Virus record (IMG/VR): IMGVR_UViG_3300046010_000754
Coordinates: 1,910 to 65,909 of that record
Origin: a virus
Taxonomy: Duplodnaviria; Caudoviricetes
Strand: one strand, 5' to 3'
Length of the DNA stretch: 64,000 nt
Shown here: positions 48,222-57,699 of the stretch, one piece after another
How the letters are laid out: each line of letters starts with the position of its first letter
Numbering within the stretch: position 1 is the first letter of the stretch
Position numbers and translations under genes: made by a program
Notes under the pieces: model-generated
What the model saw: only the letters and a program-made list of their open reading frames with translations
Database searches by the model: none
Told to the model about the DNA's origin: nothing

Positions 48222-48901
48222 TCCGCTCTCCCGTTGTGTTGGCATGATAAAACAACACAGTGTCTCTTGCAAAGCCCAGATGTGCGGGGGTTCCACACGT
48301 TTGTCTCGTAAGCTCTTTTCATGCGGCCATGGTCGCGTAGCCACTTCTCCCACAGCTTGGGCTCGTCCGTGGCGCGGTCGTAGCTTGCCTTGGGGAACTG
48401 CTTGGCGATGACAAACAATAGGCCACCTTTGACACGCTTGACCTCGGGGAAGTGCTTGAACACGGCAAGCGCCATCAACTCAAGCTGTCCGGTGTCGGCG
48501 TACTTGGCGCTCTTGCCTGTCTTGTAATCCACCACCCGCGCAGTGCCATCGTCCTCAAGGATGATCAGGTCAGCGATGCCGCGCCACCACACGTTCGGGT
48601 CTTTGAAACCGCACGGTTGTAAGTCAGCGGTCAGCCCCATTTCGTACTCGCACAGCTTTCGGCCAGCGCGGTGCTTGAGGTTGTCCAGTGAACTCTTGGC
48701 GTACGCGAACTGCGGGGGCAGGGGTGTGTCGTCGCGTATGTAGAACTCAGCCGCCTCGTGAAAGGCGGTGCCGTAAGTCAGGTGCTCAGCGTTCTGGTCT
48801 TCCTGAAAGTCTTTGACGACCTTCAAGTGGTAGAACTTCTTTGGGCACTGCTCGAATGTTTTGATGGACGAGAACGACCATGCGGGTATCTTGACTGTCA
48901 T
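48218..48901 (-). CDS. PD-(D/E)XK exonuclease (Cas4/RecB-like)
   Basis: WSFSS..FEQCP, GTAFH, GIADL, VVDYKTGK, QL, C-terminal C...C....C. Confidence 0.88.
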   Translation of the reverse strand: MTVKIPAWSFSSIKTFEQCPKKFYHLKVVKDFQEDQNAEHLTYGTAFHEAAEFYIRDDTPLPPQFAYAKSSLDNLKHRAGRKLCEYEMGLTADLQPCGFKDPNVWWRGIADLIILEDDGTARVVDYKTGKSAKYADTGQLELMALAVFKHFPEVKRVKGGLLFVIAKQFPKASYDRATDEPKLWEKWLRDHGRMKRAYETNVWNPRTSGLCKRHCVVLSCQHNGRAE

Positions 48902-49416
48902 GGCTGACCCCCAAAGGCAGAGCCGAGGATGCTTGTCGCCACTGCGTTCTTTGTAGCCGCCATGGACTTGGCAAGGTTGGCGCTGTAATCTGATGCTGAT
49001 GCCAACTGTGGGGGCTCAACCGACTCCTGTATTTCACGTACCCGTTGTAGGCAGGTCAGGATGGCAAGTTTTTCTGCGTCCTCGTACAGTGCGCCGGTGG
49101 ACTCATGCAGTAGCGCATCCATCACTTCCTTGAGTATGGAACGCTTATCCTCCAACACCCGATCATTGAACGCCCTACGTGCCCACTCGATGAACACTTG
49201 AGCCGATGTGTCAGCTTGCCCGTCAAACTGCAACTCGTCCCCGTTGAAGTCAAAGCGTCCGATCTCCTTGCCGCCCGGCCCATGGAATATGATGTTATGG
49301 TTCGGTTTCAAAGACCCAAGCTGTATCGCATTCAGCGTTTGACTTGCCGTGTTGTTGATGGTGTATGTGTTGGGGTCATTGACATGGCTCCATGTCACGG
49401 TGTTGTCGTTACTCAT
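48898..49416 (-). CDS. Hypothetical protein
   Basis: 172 aa, coupled to both neighbours. Confidence 0.6.
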   Translation of the reverse strand: MSNDNTVTWSHVNDPNTYTINNTASQTLNAIQLGSLKPNHNIIFHGPGGKEIGRFDFNGDELQFDGQADTSAQVFIEWARRAFNDRVLEDKRSILKEVMDALLHESTGALYEDAEKLAILTCLQRVREIQESVEPPQLASASDYSANLAKSMAATKNAVATSILGSAFGGQP

Positions 49417-51242
49417 CAGCAGTCTCCATAAGATTTGCCACTGCCCGACTCACAGTTGACGGGCAGACCTGTCGCCCACTCGGGCACCCACCGCATGCAG
49501 TCCTCAACATACTGCGTTGCGGGTACAACCTCAGCATCTGGTACGCACACAGCAATCGCGTCATGCACAGTCAGCACAACCTTGTAACGCTTACCGATCT
49601 TCAGCATCTGCTCAGCGATGATGCAACGTGCAATGGCTTGGCATACGTTCTCAATCACCTTGCCGCCGTAGATACGGGTGCGACCCTTGCGCGTCTTGTA
49701 GTGGAACTCGATGCCCTTCTCGTTCTGGTCAAACTTCAAGTCGTCGTAGCGCATCAGCAGACCAGAGGGCAAGCGGATGGCTGTCTCACTCGGCACCACT
49801 TCAAGTACACCCCGGCGTCCGAGCGGTGCGGGTTCGTTGCGTGACATGTTTACCAGAGCGTTCTGAGCCTGTCGCCACAGCCTGACCACGGCATCGTTGG
49901 TGCGTCGATAAATGTCGATGATGCGCCGTGCTTCGTCCACGTCCACATCCACACCCATGTTCTTGAGTTGGGCTTGGAACTTCACGGCACCCATGCCATA
50001 CCCCGCGCCAAGAATTGTGGTCTTACCCACGAACCGCTCGTCCTTGGTGATCTCGAACTCGGGCTTGCCGTAGATAGCCGAGGCCATCTTCTTGTACACG
50101 TCCTTACCCTCAGCAAAAGCTGTTACCAGATCATCTTGACCCGACAGCCATGCCAGCACACGTGCTTCGATCTGTGCAGAGTCAGCGTCAATGATGGTGT
50201 GCCCCTCGGGGGCAATGATCGCCTTCTTGAGCTTGTTGCCATTGTTGCCACGGCTTGGCAAGTTCTGCATGTTGATCTTGTCGTCACCACCGAACCGTCC
50301 AGTGTGTGCGGCGTAGTAGCGAATCGGCACAGGCAGGTTGCCGCGCTTGGAGATGTCGATGAACCGTTGGGTACGTGTTTCCTCCAGTGTTGACTTCGTA
50401 CCCAGTCGTGCGGCGACAAGCGTCTGCACCCGTGCATCGTCATGCTCAGCGAGGGCTTTGAATTCCTCGTCACTCTTGGCGAACGCATAGGTCTGCTTGC
50501 CCGTGGCAGGGCTCGTCTTCATCGGGGGTTCAACGCCGAACGAGCGGAGCAGTTCAGCGAACTTCTCATTGCTCATGAGTTCAGCCTTGTCCACACCCGA
50601 GGATGTCAGCAGGTCTTCCTTCATCTGCTTGATGCCGATGAGGTGCTGTTGCAACATGTCGCCGTCCAGTTCGAGCACAGGGTCGATGAACATGCGCAGG
50701 GTCTGGTCGATCACACGCAACTCTTGCTTGGGGAAATCCTTTACCAAGATGGTAAAGAGTTTGTGGGTGAGTTCCACATCGTTGATGCAGTAGTCACCGT
50801 ACCGTGCAAGTTCTTCGTCGCTGAAACTCAGTCGTCTTTTACCGAGGGCGTTGACGACTTCTGTTCCTTTTGCGCCGAGCCCGTACCGCTCAGTAAGAGC
50901 TTTAAGCGAACCCCCAACTTCCACGCCGTGAAGGGCACGGCCCATACACAGAGTGTCAAGCCAACCCCGAGGATTAACACCGAAACGCCAAGACAGGATA
51001 GCCCCGTCAAAAAGGGTGTTGTGCGCCAAGACAAAACTCCGTTCCCATTCAAAATTGCCCTGAAGCCACTGTTTGATTTGTTCATGTGTTCCACTTGCCC
51101 ACTCCGTTTCTTGGTTGTTGACCTTCACAGATACGCCAATGACTTCAAAGAGGTCAGAGCGTACGTATTCTTCGGTTGTGATCTTTGACAGCGAGAAGTC
51201 GCGGTCATAGTACGTTTCAAAATCAATTGTTATTAAGTCCAT
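49416..51242 (-). CDS. polA: DNA polymerase family A (3'-5' exonuclease + polymerase)
   Basis: ExoI DFETYY, ExoII HN..FD, ExoIII YC..D; motif A DSAQIEAR, motif B R..GKTTILGAGYG, motif C TVHD. Confidence 0.95.
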   Translation of the reverse strand: MDLITIDFETYYDRDFSLSKITTEEYVRSDLFEVIGVSVKVNNQETEWASGTHEQIKQWLQGNFEWERSFVLAHNTLFDGAILSWRFGVNPRGWLDTLCMGRALHGVEVGGSLKALTERYGLGAKGTEVVNALGKRRLSFSDEELARYGDYCINDVELTHKLFTILVKDFPKQELRVIDQTLRMFIDPVLELDGDMLQQHLIGIKQMKEDLLTSSGVDKAELMSNEKFAELLRSFGVEPPMKTSPATGKQTYAFAKSDEEFKALAEHDDARVQTLVAARLGTKSTLEETRTQRFIDISKRGNLPVPIRYYAAHTGRFGGDDKINMQNLPSRGNNGNKLKKAIIAPEGHTIIDADSAQIEARVLAWLSGQDDLVTAFAEGKDVYKKMASAIYGKPEFEITKDERFVGKTTILGAGYGMGAVKFQAQLKNMGVDVDVDEARRIIDIYRRTNDAVVRLWRQAQNALVNMSRNEPAPLGRRGVLEVVPSETAIRLPSGLLMRYDDLKFDQNEKGIEFHYKTRKGRTRIYGGKVIENVCQAIARCIIAEQMLKIGKRYKVVLTVHDAIAVCVPDAEVVPATQYVEDCMRWVPEWATGLPVNCESGSGKSYGDC

Positions 51243-51726
51243 CTTGCACCTGTGTTGTTGGGAAATACGTGTTCATCACTTCGCGGTAATCGAACTCCTC
51301 GGTGAAGCAGTCTTCGATGCTCACGTAGTCCAAGCCCGTCCGCACCACCGCATCGTTGTAGACAAACATGTGTGACGGCACTGACAGTCGGCTGTGAACA
51401 AAGTCATGCCCGTCAAGCGTTGCTCTCCACACGCCGCTCGTCTTGACCTTCTCCGAGTCGGGCTCACGTGCTTGCACCAGCCCCCAATACTTGAGGTGCC
51501 CGATAGAGTTGGAGCGCAACATGAACATGGGCACATCGTTACGAGTGTTGACCCATCCGTTCTCGGCACCCGCTGAGTTGCTCACGAGCCACGCCAATGA
51601 ACGCGCCATGCCGCTTGTCAGTTTGACCTTGTTGATCTTGCCCCACCGATCACACACAGGGCAGTAGCCGCCGTCCGATTCGATGGTGTTGCGCCAGTTG
51701 TGACGCAGTGTTGATTCTTCTGTCAT
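51223..51726 (-). CDS. Hypothetical protein with CxxC and winged-helix-like region
   Basis: CPVCDR; LKYWGLV...SGVW.AT..G; CAAGGAGAAACGAAG RBS. Confidence 0.7.
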   Translation of the reverse strand: MTEESTLRHNWRNTIESDGGYCPVCDRWGKINKVKLTSGMARSLAWLVSNSAGAENGWVNTRNDVPMFMLRSNSIGHLKYWGLVQAREPDSEKVKTSGVWRATLDGHDFVHSRLSVPSHMFVYNDAVVRTGLDYVSIEDCFTEEFDYREVMNTYFPTTQVQDGLNNN

Positions 51727-51748
51727 CTTCGTTTCTCCTTGTTGTAAG

Positions 51749-52054
51749 TTAGGGAGTCCCTAACATTTCCTTGAGCTTCATCTTGTAGTGACGAAACTTG
51801 CCAGCATCATCGCTGTCTTTCTTGCCAGCACGCATGCCGTACTTGATGCAGTTGCCCTTGAGGTACCCAATGAATTCCTCGCGTGACAACGTAGCCTCCA
51901 TCACTTCCCATGGCTGTACGCCCATGTCTTTGTAATGGGTGCCACCAACTTGCAGGTCGTCTGCTTTTACTTCGGTCATTTCAACTCCGTCTGTATCAAT
52001 GCGGGGGTCATAACATGCGCACCCCCGTTCTGCGCATCCTCTATCAGCGATCAC
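51749..52054 (-). CDS. DUF3310 (SaV-like) protein
   Basis: QVGGTHY..MGVQPW...GYLKGNCIKY..RAGKK...D..K. Confidence 0.85.
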   Translation of the reverse strand: MIADRGCAERGCACYDPRIDTDGVEMTEVKADDLQVGGTHYKDMGVQPWEVMEATLSREEFIGYLKGNCIKYGMRAGKKDSDDAGKFRHYKMKLKEMLGTP

Positions 52055-52072
52055 ATCAGTGCCTCCTCAACG

Positions 52073-52315
52073 TCATCCATTGCTTGCTCCTTGCGGTTCT
52101 TGCGTCCCCACTTGGCCAACTCTTTCGGACACACCGTCCCGAAAGGCCAGCTTGGATACGGCAATGATGCGTTCCAGTGTGACTTTGAATCGTGCGTTGT
52201 CGTCGAGTGCTCGGTCGAGTTCGTGTTGCAATCTTTCATTACGTGCTCTCATCAATCTATTCTCTTGCTCCAGTTCAGCGACCATCAGGTCGAGGTTTCG
52301 TTCGTCTTCTGTCAT
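52073..52315 (-). CDS. Coiled-coil hypothetical protein
   Basis: AAGGAG RBS, ATGA overlap; ELEQENRLMRARNERL. Confidence 0.6.
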   Translation of the reverse strand: MTEDERNLDLMVAELEQENRLMRARNERLQHELDRALDDNARFKVTLERIIAVSKLAFRDGVSERVGQVGTQEPQGASNG

Positions 52316-52581
52316 GTGTTGCTCCTTGCTCGGATAATGGCGGCTAACTCTTCTGGTGCGTTCCGCCGCAAAACACGTATCGCGGCCCAGATGATGTCTT
52401 GCGACCTCGCACTTTCGTTCCCCATATGAATCGTATTCAAAAGCTCCACCGCCTCATCACGTTTCTCACGTTCGTCAGCACGGACAAGCTCAACCAGTCT
52501 GTGTATCTCAGGCATGAACTCCTGAAACAATTTCCAGTCATCTCCAGCGGCTTCACGCGCCATCTCAATGGTTGTTCTCAT
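52312..52581 (-). CDS. Hypothetical protein
   Basis: MAREA...LVRADERE...AAIIRARS pattern of small phage proteins. Confidence 0.65.
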   Translation of the reverse strand: MRTTIEMAREAAGDDWKLFQEFMPEIHRLVELVRADEREKRDEAVELLNTIHMGNESARSQDIIWAAIRVLRRNAPEELAAIIRARSNT

Positions 52582-53003
52582 GACACCACCCCAAAGGTGA
52601 CGGACACACTGAAGCCACCGTAGTAGCCGTTGTGCTCGTTGTGGTTGGTCAGGACAAATGCACCCTTGGATGTTGTGATCTCCAAGAATTCAATGTCGTG
52701 TGGGTCTTCCTCCCCGCTGTCCTTCAGGGGAATCGGCACAGGCTTGACTTCAATGTTCAGCAGGTTGCCGCCCACGTAGTCGCCCAGCTTGTCATCAGTT
52801 GTCATGTAGCGGTTCTCGCAACATGATTGGCCATCGTCCGCGATGCGGATGAATGTGTTGTTCTTGAATCGGATGTGCAACTCGTCCTTCTCGGTCGAGC
52901 CCACTGGCCCTGCCAAAGCAATGCCCGTGATCTCTTTGCCCATCACCTTCATGAACGCTTCGAGGTCAGTGCCCGTCAGGTTGCATGTCATTAAATCAAG
53001 CAT
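52578..53003 (-). CDS. Hypothetical protein (DGQSCCE...HNGYYGG family)
   Basis: GGAGG RBS before ATG 53003. Confidence 0.65.
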   Translation of the reverse strand: MLDLMTCNLTGTDLEAFMKVMGKEITGIALAGPVGSTEKDELHIRFKNNTFIRIADDGQSCCENRYMTTDDKLGDYVGGNLLNIEVKPVPIPLKDSGEEDPHDIEFLEITTSKGAFVLTNHNEHNGYYGGFSVSVTFGVVS

Positions 53004-53184
53004 GTTCTTCCTCCAAAGGCCACAAGTAGTTTGCGTTGCGTAGGATGTCATCAGCCAACTTACGTGCGGCGTCCTCAGACATGATGACGTGCCCAAGCTC
53101 GGCTATGTACAGGACGACACCCATGTCTTTGTGGGGGTCACGGTCGGTAACGCCCACGGTGATAAAACGATTATTAAACGCCAT
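52996..53184 (-). CDS. Hypothetical protein
   Basis: 62 aa, GGAG RBS, coupled to neighbours. Confidence 0.55.
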   Translation of the reverse strand: MAFNNRFITVGVTDRDPHKDMGVVLYIAELGHVIMSEDAARKLADDILRNANYLWPLEEEHA

Positions 53185-53653
53185 CTTGTCTCTCCACGAT
53201 GCGGCGCATCTTGCGCTGTCTAAATTCCTCGTTCACCAACTGTAAGCCGCGCTCCATGTCCTTGATCGTGATCACGTCCATCTGAGCGTCATGCAAATCC
53301 ATCAGTGTGTTGAGGGCTCTCATTTCTTCCGAACGCAGGATGAATCGGTTGCTCTGTGCGCCACGTTTACCAACGGCATGTAGCGCGTTTAATCCATCCA
53401 TTGTTATGTCACCATGCTCCTTACCAAACCCCATGCGAGACAGTGCTTCGGTCACGTTGCCCATGGCGATCAAGTCGTCCATGTCTGCGCGTGTTGCCTT
53501 GCCTTGCGTCAGGTTGGTCAGGGCCATGTGGTTCCTGATCTTCAGGTCTACCAAGTAGGTGTCGTGCTTTGCCACGGGGGTCATGCTCTCCATCACGTAT
53601 GCGATTGGATTCATGATCACCCCTTTGGGTCTGTACTTGCTACGCTTGCGCAT
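53174..53653 (-). CDS. Hypothetical protein
   Basis: 159 aa, basic N-terminus MRKRSKYRPK. Confidence 0.7.
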   Translation of the reverse strand: MRKRSKYRPKGVIMNPIAYVMESMTPVAKHDTYLVDLKIRNHMALTNLTQGKATRADMDDLIAMGNVTEALSRMGFGKEHGDITMDGLNALHAVGKRGAQSNRFILRSEEMRALNTLMDLHDAQMDVITIKDMERGLQLVNEEFRQRKMRRIVERQDGV

Positions 53654-53816
53654 GGAATATGCGGGTCACTCGGTGCCACAGACGTTCGCCCAGCGTGGGC
53701 TTGGTCAGCAGTGCACGTTGCAACATCTCAGCGTGAACGCCGAGGTCAATCACTCTGCGCGGGGGTGTGTAGAACTCCCCGATCTTCACCTTGCCCGTGT
53801 TGTAAAACTGTGTCAT
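53640..53816 (-). CDS. Small hypothetical protein (58 aa, absent from ORF track)
   Basis: AAAAGGAACGAAG-ATG start; MTQFYNTGKVKIGEFYTPP...FHAQA*. Confidence 0.55.
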   Translation of the reverse strand: MTQFYNTGKVKIGEFYTPPRRVIDLGVHAEMLQRALLTKPTLGERLWHRVTRIFHAQA

Positions 53817-53939
53817 CTTCGTTCCTTTTATCGTATGTGGAAATCATCTTGTGGCACCTTGCACACTCGTACATGATGTGGTCGGGGTTGCGCCAGCGAA
53901 TGCCGAACTGCGACTCCTCCCACCTGTGCTTGCACGTCA

Positions 53940-54230
53940 TCACATCTCTCCAAGCATGTAGCGCACGTGGTCAATGTTGTCTTCATTGATGACCACCGCA
54001 ACGCCGCCCATGGCTTTGATGCTGTCGAGGTTCTTCTGTTGCAACGGTGTCGGCTTGCCCTTGCCAGCCTTGCACTCGATGCCAAAGAACTTGCCGTGGT
54101 AGCACCCAACGATGTCAGGCACACCACTGCTACCGTACCCGCCAGTGACGGGGTAGAAGTAATAGGCGCGGAGTTCCTTGAGGATGGCCACGACCTTCTT
54201 CTTGACTTTGACTTCGGGTGTATCAGCCAC
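53940..54230 (-). CDS. VRR-NUC domain nuclease (putative resolvase)
   Basis: TPEVKVK...GVPDIV...GIECKA...PTPLQ. Confidence 0.88.
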   Translation of the reverse strand: MADTPEVKVKKKVVAILKELRAYYFYPVTGGYGSSGVPDIVGCYHGKFFGIECKAGKGKPTPLQQKNLDSIKAMGGVAVVINEDNIDHVRYMLGEM

Positions 54231-54456
54231 GGCGCTCTCCTTTGTCGCGGGTTGTCATTTCGTGCAACGCTTCCTCGATGAAGCCCATGTGATTGCCAGA
54301 CCACATGTCCCATACGACTGTGCGCTTTTGGTTGATGGTCAGATCACCGTCAGGACATCCCTTGAGCAAGCGCCCCATCTCGGCGCAACTTGCTGTGAAG
54401 TTTTTTGGTGCCTCTTGGTCAGGGCAGATTGTGAATGTGTAAGGTAATTTAGCCAC
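54223..54456 (-). CDS. Hypothetical protein
   Basis: 77 aa, coupled to neighbours. Confidence 0.55.
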   Translation of the reverse strand: MAKLPYTFTICPDQEAPKNFTASCAEMGRLLKGCPDGDLTINQKRTVVWDMWSGNHMGFIEEALHEMTTRDKGERRG

Positions 54457-54838
54457 GGAACCACCCCTTCACACGTTGCCACAGGGTAGGCTTGGGCTCG
54501 ACCATGGTGATCTCACCGTACGAATTGATCGGATACGGGCGCAACACGTAGGCTTCGCCATGTGAAGTCGTGATGACTGGCTCGGTCGGCGTGGGGGGCA
54601 GTGATGCCAGTTCCCCTGCCTTGACTCTGCGCGTACGCTTCTTCGGAGGTGCACCGATGCCGTCCGTAGGTTTCGGCAACGCACCGATGGAGCCGAGCCC
54701 CCGCTCTTTGTTGAGTTGGTAGCGGATGTTGTACACGGCTTGCGGCTTGCACTTCAACTTGGCAATGATGTCCTTGTTGTTGTAGCCCTTGTCAATTAGT
54801 GTGCGGATGCGCTGTGTTGTGCTGATCTGTTTACTCAT
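54449..54838 (-). CDS. HTH-containing protein
   Basis: IRTLIDKGYNNKDIIAKLKCKPQAVYNIR; start ATG 54838 after AAGGAAACGAAG and a palindrome copy. Confidence 0.65.
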   Translation of the reverse strand: MSKQISTTQRIRTLIDKGYNNKDIIAKLKCKPQAVYNIRYQLNKERGLGSIGALPKPTDGIGAPPKKRTRRVKAGELASLPPTPTEPVITTSHGEAYVLRPYPINSYGEITMVEPKPTLWQRVKGWFRG

Positions 54839-54908
54839 CTTCGTTTCCTTCATTGTTAATTTGTTAGGGAGTCCCTAACACGGTACGTGAAGCGCACGTA
54901 CCAACGCA

Positions 54909-55373
54909 TCAAGATGTGGTCTCGGGTGCGTACACCCAATAGACATGACTTGATATTCGACGACCGACACCCGCCACTTCTTGTGTTGGCGGTATACCAC
55001 TCGTAATCATTAACACGGCAAGACGTTCCTTTACCCATTCAGGTAGATCGTCCGTCCGATCATAATGACCGTTGATGTCCGAGTCAACACTTCCGAGACC
55101 AAAACACATGACATCTATACCATCGGGAAAGATACTCACACGGTATATGTTGTCATCGTGCATCTCCACATCTACCATGTCCATCTGCCCCCCGTTTGCA
55201 TGCTGTACGTCAAAGCGCATTACCTTGAACTTCATGGGCGTACGGCCTTCAGAAGACACCTCCCCTCTCAATATCCTACGCACGAGTGCGTCAGGCGGTT
55301 CCTCAGAGAACATGCGTGGGTCAGTCCAACCCATGCCGTACCGCTCGGTTGTCTTGTAGATCAGCTTGCTCAT
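54909..55373 (-). CDS. Hypothetical protein
   Basis: C-terminal DDLPEWVKERLAVL...GVGRR similar to the C-terminus of the upstream gene. Confidence 0.65.
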   Translation of the reverse strand: MSKLIYKTTERYGMGWTDPRMFSEEPPDALVRRILRGEVSSEGRTPMKFKVMRFDVQHANGGQMDMVDVEMHDDNIYRVSIFPDGIDVMCFGLGSVDSDINGHYDRTDDLPEWVKERLAVLMITSGIPPTQEVAGVGRRISSHVYWVYAPETTS

Positions 55374-56323
55374 CGTTGCACCCAGAAGGTTGCGCTGTCA
55401 ACACGCAAGCCCACGCCGTCCACGTAGTGGTTGTCCTCCACCATGCTCAATGCGGCGAGGCACCCACCGATGTGCTCGGGCAACTCCTCCATCTTGTACG
55501 TGACCACAGGCATGTGGTTGTCGAGGCGTGAACGCTTGTTGGCATCCAGTACCTCGATCACGTCACACATCATCTCTTCGCGGTGTATACGGACATTCAC
55601 GTAGTACGCATGCAGGGCACGGCCACGAGACACCTGATCTTCTTGGTACGCCTCACGCCACTTGATGATCATGCCCTTGAAGTCTTCGGACAAGAACTCG
55701 TACCCCACATCAACCATGTGAAACAACTCAGCACGTAGGTGCACAGAGTTTGTGATGTCGTACCGCACTGAAGACAACCCAGACGACACGTTCGACACGA
55801 CTGCTGAGAACTGATTGCGGATGCTGTCAAACGTCATGCTTGCACACTCAACGGGTGAGTACGGGCGCATGTACTTCTTCACGTTCTTGACGGCACGTTC
55901 GATGTTCTCCGCCGTTGCCATGTAATACTGATCTTTGTCCTCGCGGAACTTGTCATTGCTGATCATCCGCGCATAGACCATGTACTTGACATCACCTGTG
56001 TTCTTCACGGTGTAGTCGGCGTACCCGATCTTCATCATGGCGTAGGTGTGCCCTTCCATGTACACGTACAACTCCAGCAACCTGTTCGGGCCACCATGCC
56101 CCCAACTGTTCTTGGCGCGATTGCCCACGCCGAACTTCACATGGCGGTTGACCTTGCGTATTTCGGTGCAGAAGTTCAGCAACGGGCCTGTGACGGGGAT
56201 GCCGTCCACCATAGGTATGGGCGGGTCACCCGCATTTACTGTCTCAACACTATTAGCCAGTGCGGACAGCAAAGCCTTGGTCTTCTTCTCGATAACATCT
56301 ACTCGTGTGTGGTCGTAGCTCAT
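55370..56323 (-). CDS. Hypothetical protein
   Basis: 317 aa; AGGAGG RBS; C-terminal EELPEHI...LAALSM...GVG.R. Confidence 0.75.
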   Translation of the reverse strand: MSYDHTRVDVIEKKTKALLSALANSVETVNAGDPPIPMVDGIPVTGPLLNFCTEIRKVNRHVKFGVGNRAKNSWGHGGPNRLLELYVYMEGHTYAMMKIGYADYTVKNTGDVKYMVYARMISNDKFREDKDQYYMATAENIERAVKNVKKYMRPYSPVECASMTFDSIRNQFSAVVSNVSSGLSSVRYDITNSVHLRAELFHMVDVGYEFLSEDFKGMIIKWREAYQEDQVSRGRALHAYYVNVRIHREEMMCDVIEVLDANKRSRLDNHMPVVTYKMEELPEHIGGCLAALSMVEDNHYVDGVGLRVDSATFWVQR

Positions 56324-56324
56324 T

Positions 56325-57257
56325 TCAAACCTCCTTCGTTTCGTACATGCCTAACAACTTGTTCATCATGCGGTTGTATGAGGACTTGATCTTCATCAGG
56401 TCGTCCTTGCTCTCGATGACACGTTTGCCACCGATGTCATTGATCACCAACGCCATCAACGGGATGCGCAGGGGATGATCTTCTTGCTCCACGATATACC
56501 GCGCCAGTGCACTCGGTACGTGGTTGAGCCCACCCCACTGCGGTACATCAAAGCCGTTCTCTTTGCCCCACTCGGAGATAACGGTGCGGTACTCGTTGCG
56601 TCCGTTCCACGAGGTGTCGAGCATAGGTGCCAACGCCGCCGCTTGTGTGTAGAACGAGTCGATGCGTTCCTTCCATTGCTTCTTGAGTTCTTTGTCCACA
56701 GTCGTTCTCTCCACTTTGAATACTTCACCGACACGTGTGAACGTGCCATCCTCGTTGACCCGAAACTTCAGGCGCTTGCCGTCATCGCGGCCCACTTCCT
56801 TGAGTTGGTAGTCCCACCTGTAATTCGTCTTGGGCAAGGGGAAATCCTCCCACCCTGTCGGTGTCTTGGTGCGTAGCCAATGCTTGCCCTGTTGGTTGTA
56901 CCTGAACGCCACATCATTCGGCAGGCACCACTGCAAGAACTTATAGCGTCCGAACGGAACGGAGCCCTTCGTGCCGTTGCGTACATAGATGTAATCACCA
57001 TCGGCCTCACGCTTCCACATGATCGGTGCCATGTCCTGCTCGTACTGTGCATCGCCTCGGTTACTGTTGTACATGGTGCTACCGTAGTACCCATCGAGCA
57101 AGCAATAGGTCTCTGCATCCACCTTACGGATGCGCTCCCACTTGCGCTTGCGATCACCGACAGGTCGGATGTCATCTGATAGCGTGTGGTTCTTGCTGAC
57201 AAGTGGCTTGGTTTGTTCGTACCACTTGACCACCTCGTTGAATGTATTGAATCTCAT
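56325..57257 (-). CDS. Hypothetical early protein
   Basis: Start reassigned to ATG 57257 after CAAGGAAACGAAG and a palindrome copy. Confidence 0.75.
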   Translation of the reverse strand: MRFNTFNEVVKWYEQTKPLVSKNHTLSDDIRPVGDRKRKWERIRKVDAETYCLLDGYYGSTMYNSNRGDAQYEQDMAPIMWKREADGDYIYVRNGTKGSVPFGRYKFLQWCLPNDVAFRYNQQGKHWLRTKTPTGWEDFPLPKTNYRWDYQLKEVGRDDGKRLKFRVNEDGTFTRVGEVFKVERTTVDKELKKQWKERIDSFYTQAAALAPMLDTSWNGRNEYRTVISEWGKENGFDVPQWGGLNHVPSALARYIVEQEDHPLRIPLMALVINDIGGKRVIESKDDLMKIKSSYNRMMNKLLGMYETKEV

Positions 57258-57319
57258 CTTCGTTTCCTTGTTTGTTAGGGAGTCCCTAACTTGGTTTGGG
57301 TTAGCCACTGCGTGGCTGG

Positions 57320-57517
57320 TTAAGCGCGTCTGTTCCACAGTCGCACTGCTTCGTCACGTGTACGCCCCATGCACTCGATGGGTTTGAGCACAGGCTTGCC
57401 CCCATCTTTGCACCAGTGCAGTACCGATACAGAGAACACACCCGTTGTCGAGTTGCGTTCACGTATTTCTACCTCATGCCCACCACAGAACGGGCACGGT
57501 TTAATTTGCTCAGTCAT
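57320..57517 (-). CDS. Lar-like restriction-alleviation protein
   Basis: IKPCPFCGG...EAVRLWNRRA signature. Confidence 0.7.
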   Translation of the reverse strand: MTEQIKPCPFCGGHEVEIRERNSTTGVFSVSVLHWCKDGGKPVLKPIECMGRTRDEAVRLWNRRA

Positions 57518-57699
57518 GACCGCTCCTCCATGAACTTGGCATGCGCGGCAACGAGTTGCTCACGCGCTTCCTTGCTCTCAATGAACATCACCATCATGCG
57601 TTTCAATGAACGCGCCTCGTCCTTGTACTTGAACATCGCCGCAGTTGCGAGTACCGCCCATGCGAACAACGCCATCTCAGTCAAAGTAATCTCAATCAT
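57514..57699 (-). CDS. Small membrane protein
   Basis: N-terminal hydrophobic helix; ATGA overlaps on both sides. Confidence 0.55.
   Translation of the reverse strand: MIEITLTEMALFAWAVLATAAMFKYKDEARSLKRMMVMFIESKEAREQLVAAHAKFMEERS

Noticed and set aside
48218-48901. Cas4-like nuclease as part of a CRISPR system
   Set aside because: Stand-alone PD-(D/E)XK exonuclease in a replication cluster, common in phages; no cas1/cas2 or array.
52051-52239. Second ORF overlapping 52073-52315 in another frame
   Set aside because: It may have a real shorter 3' portion coupled to the DUF3310 gene, but I cannot support a start site; not reported as a feature.
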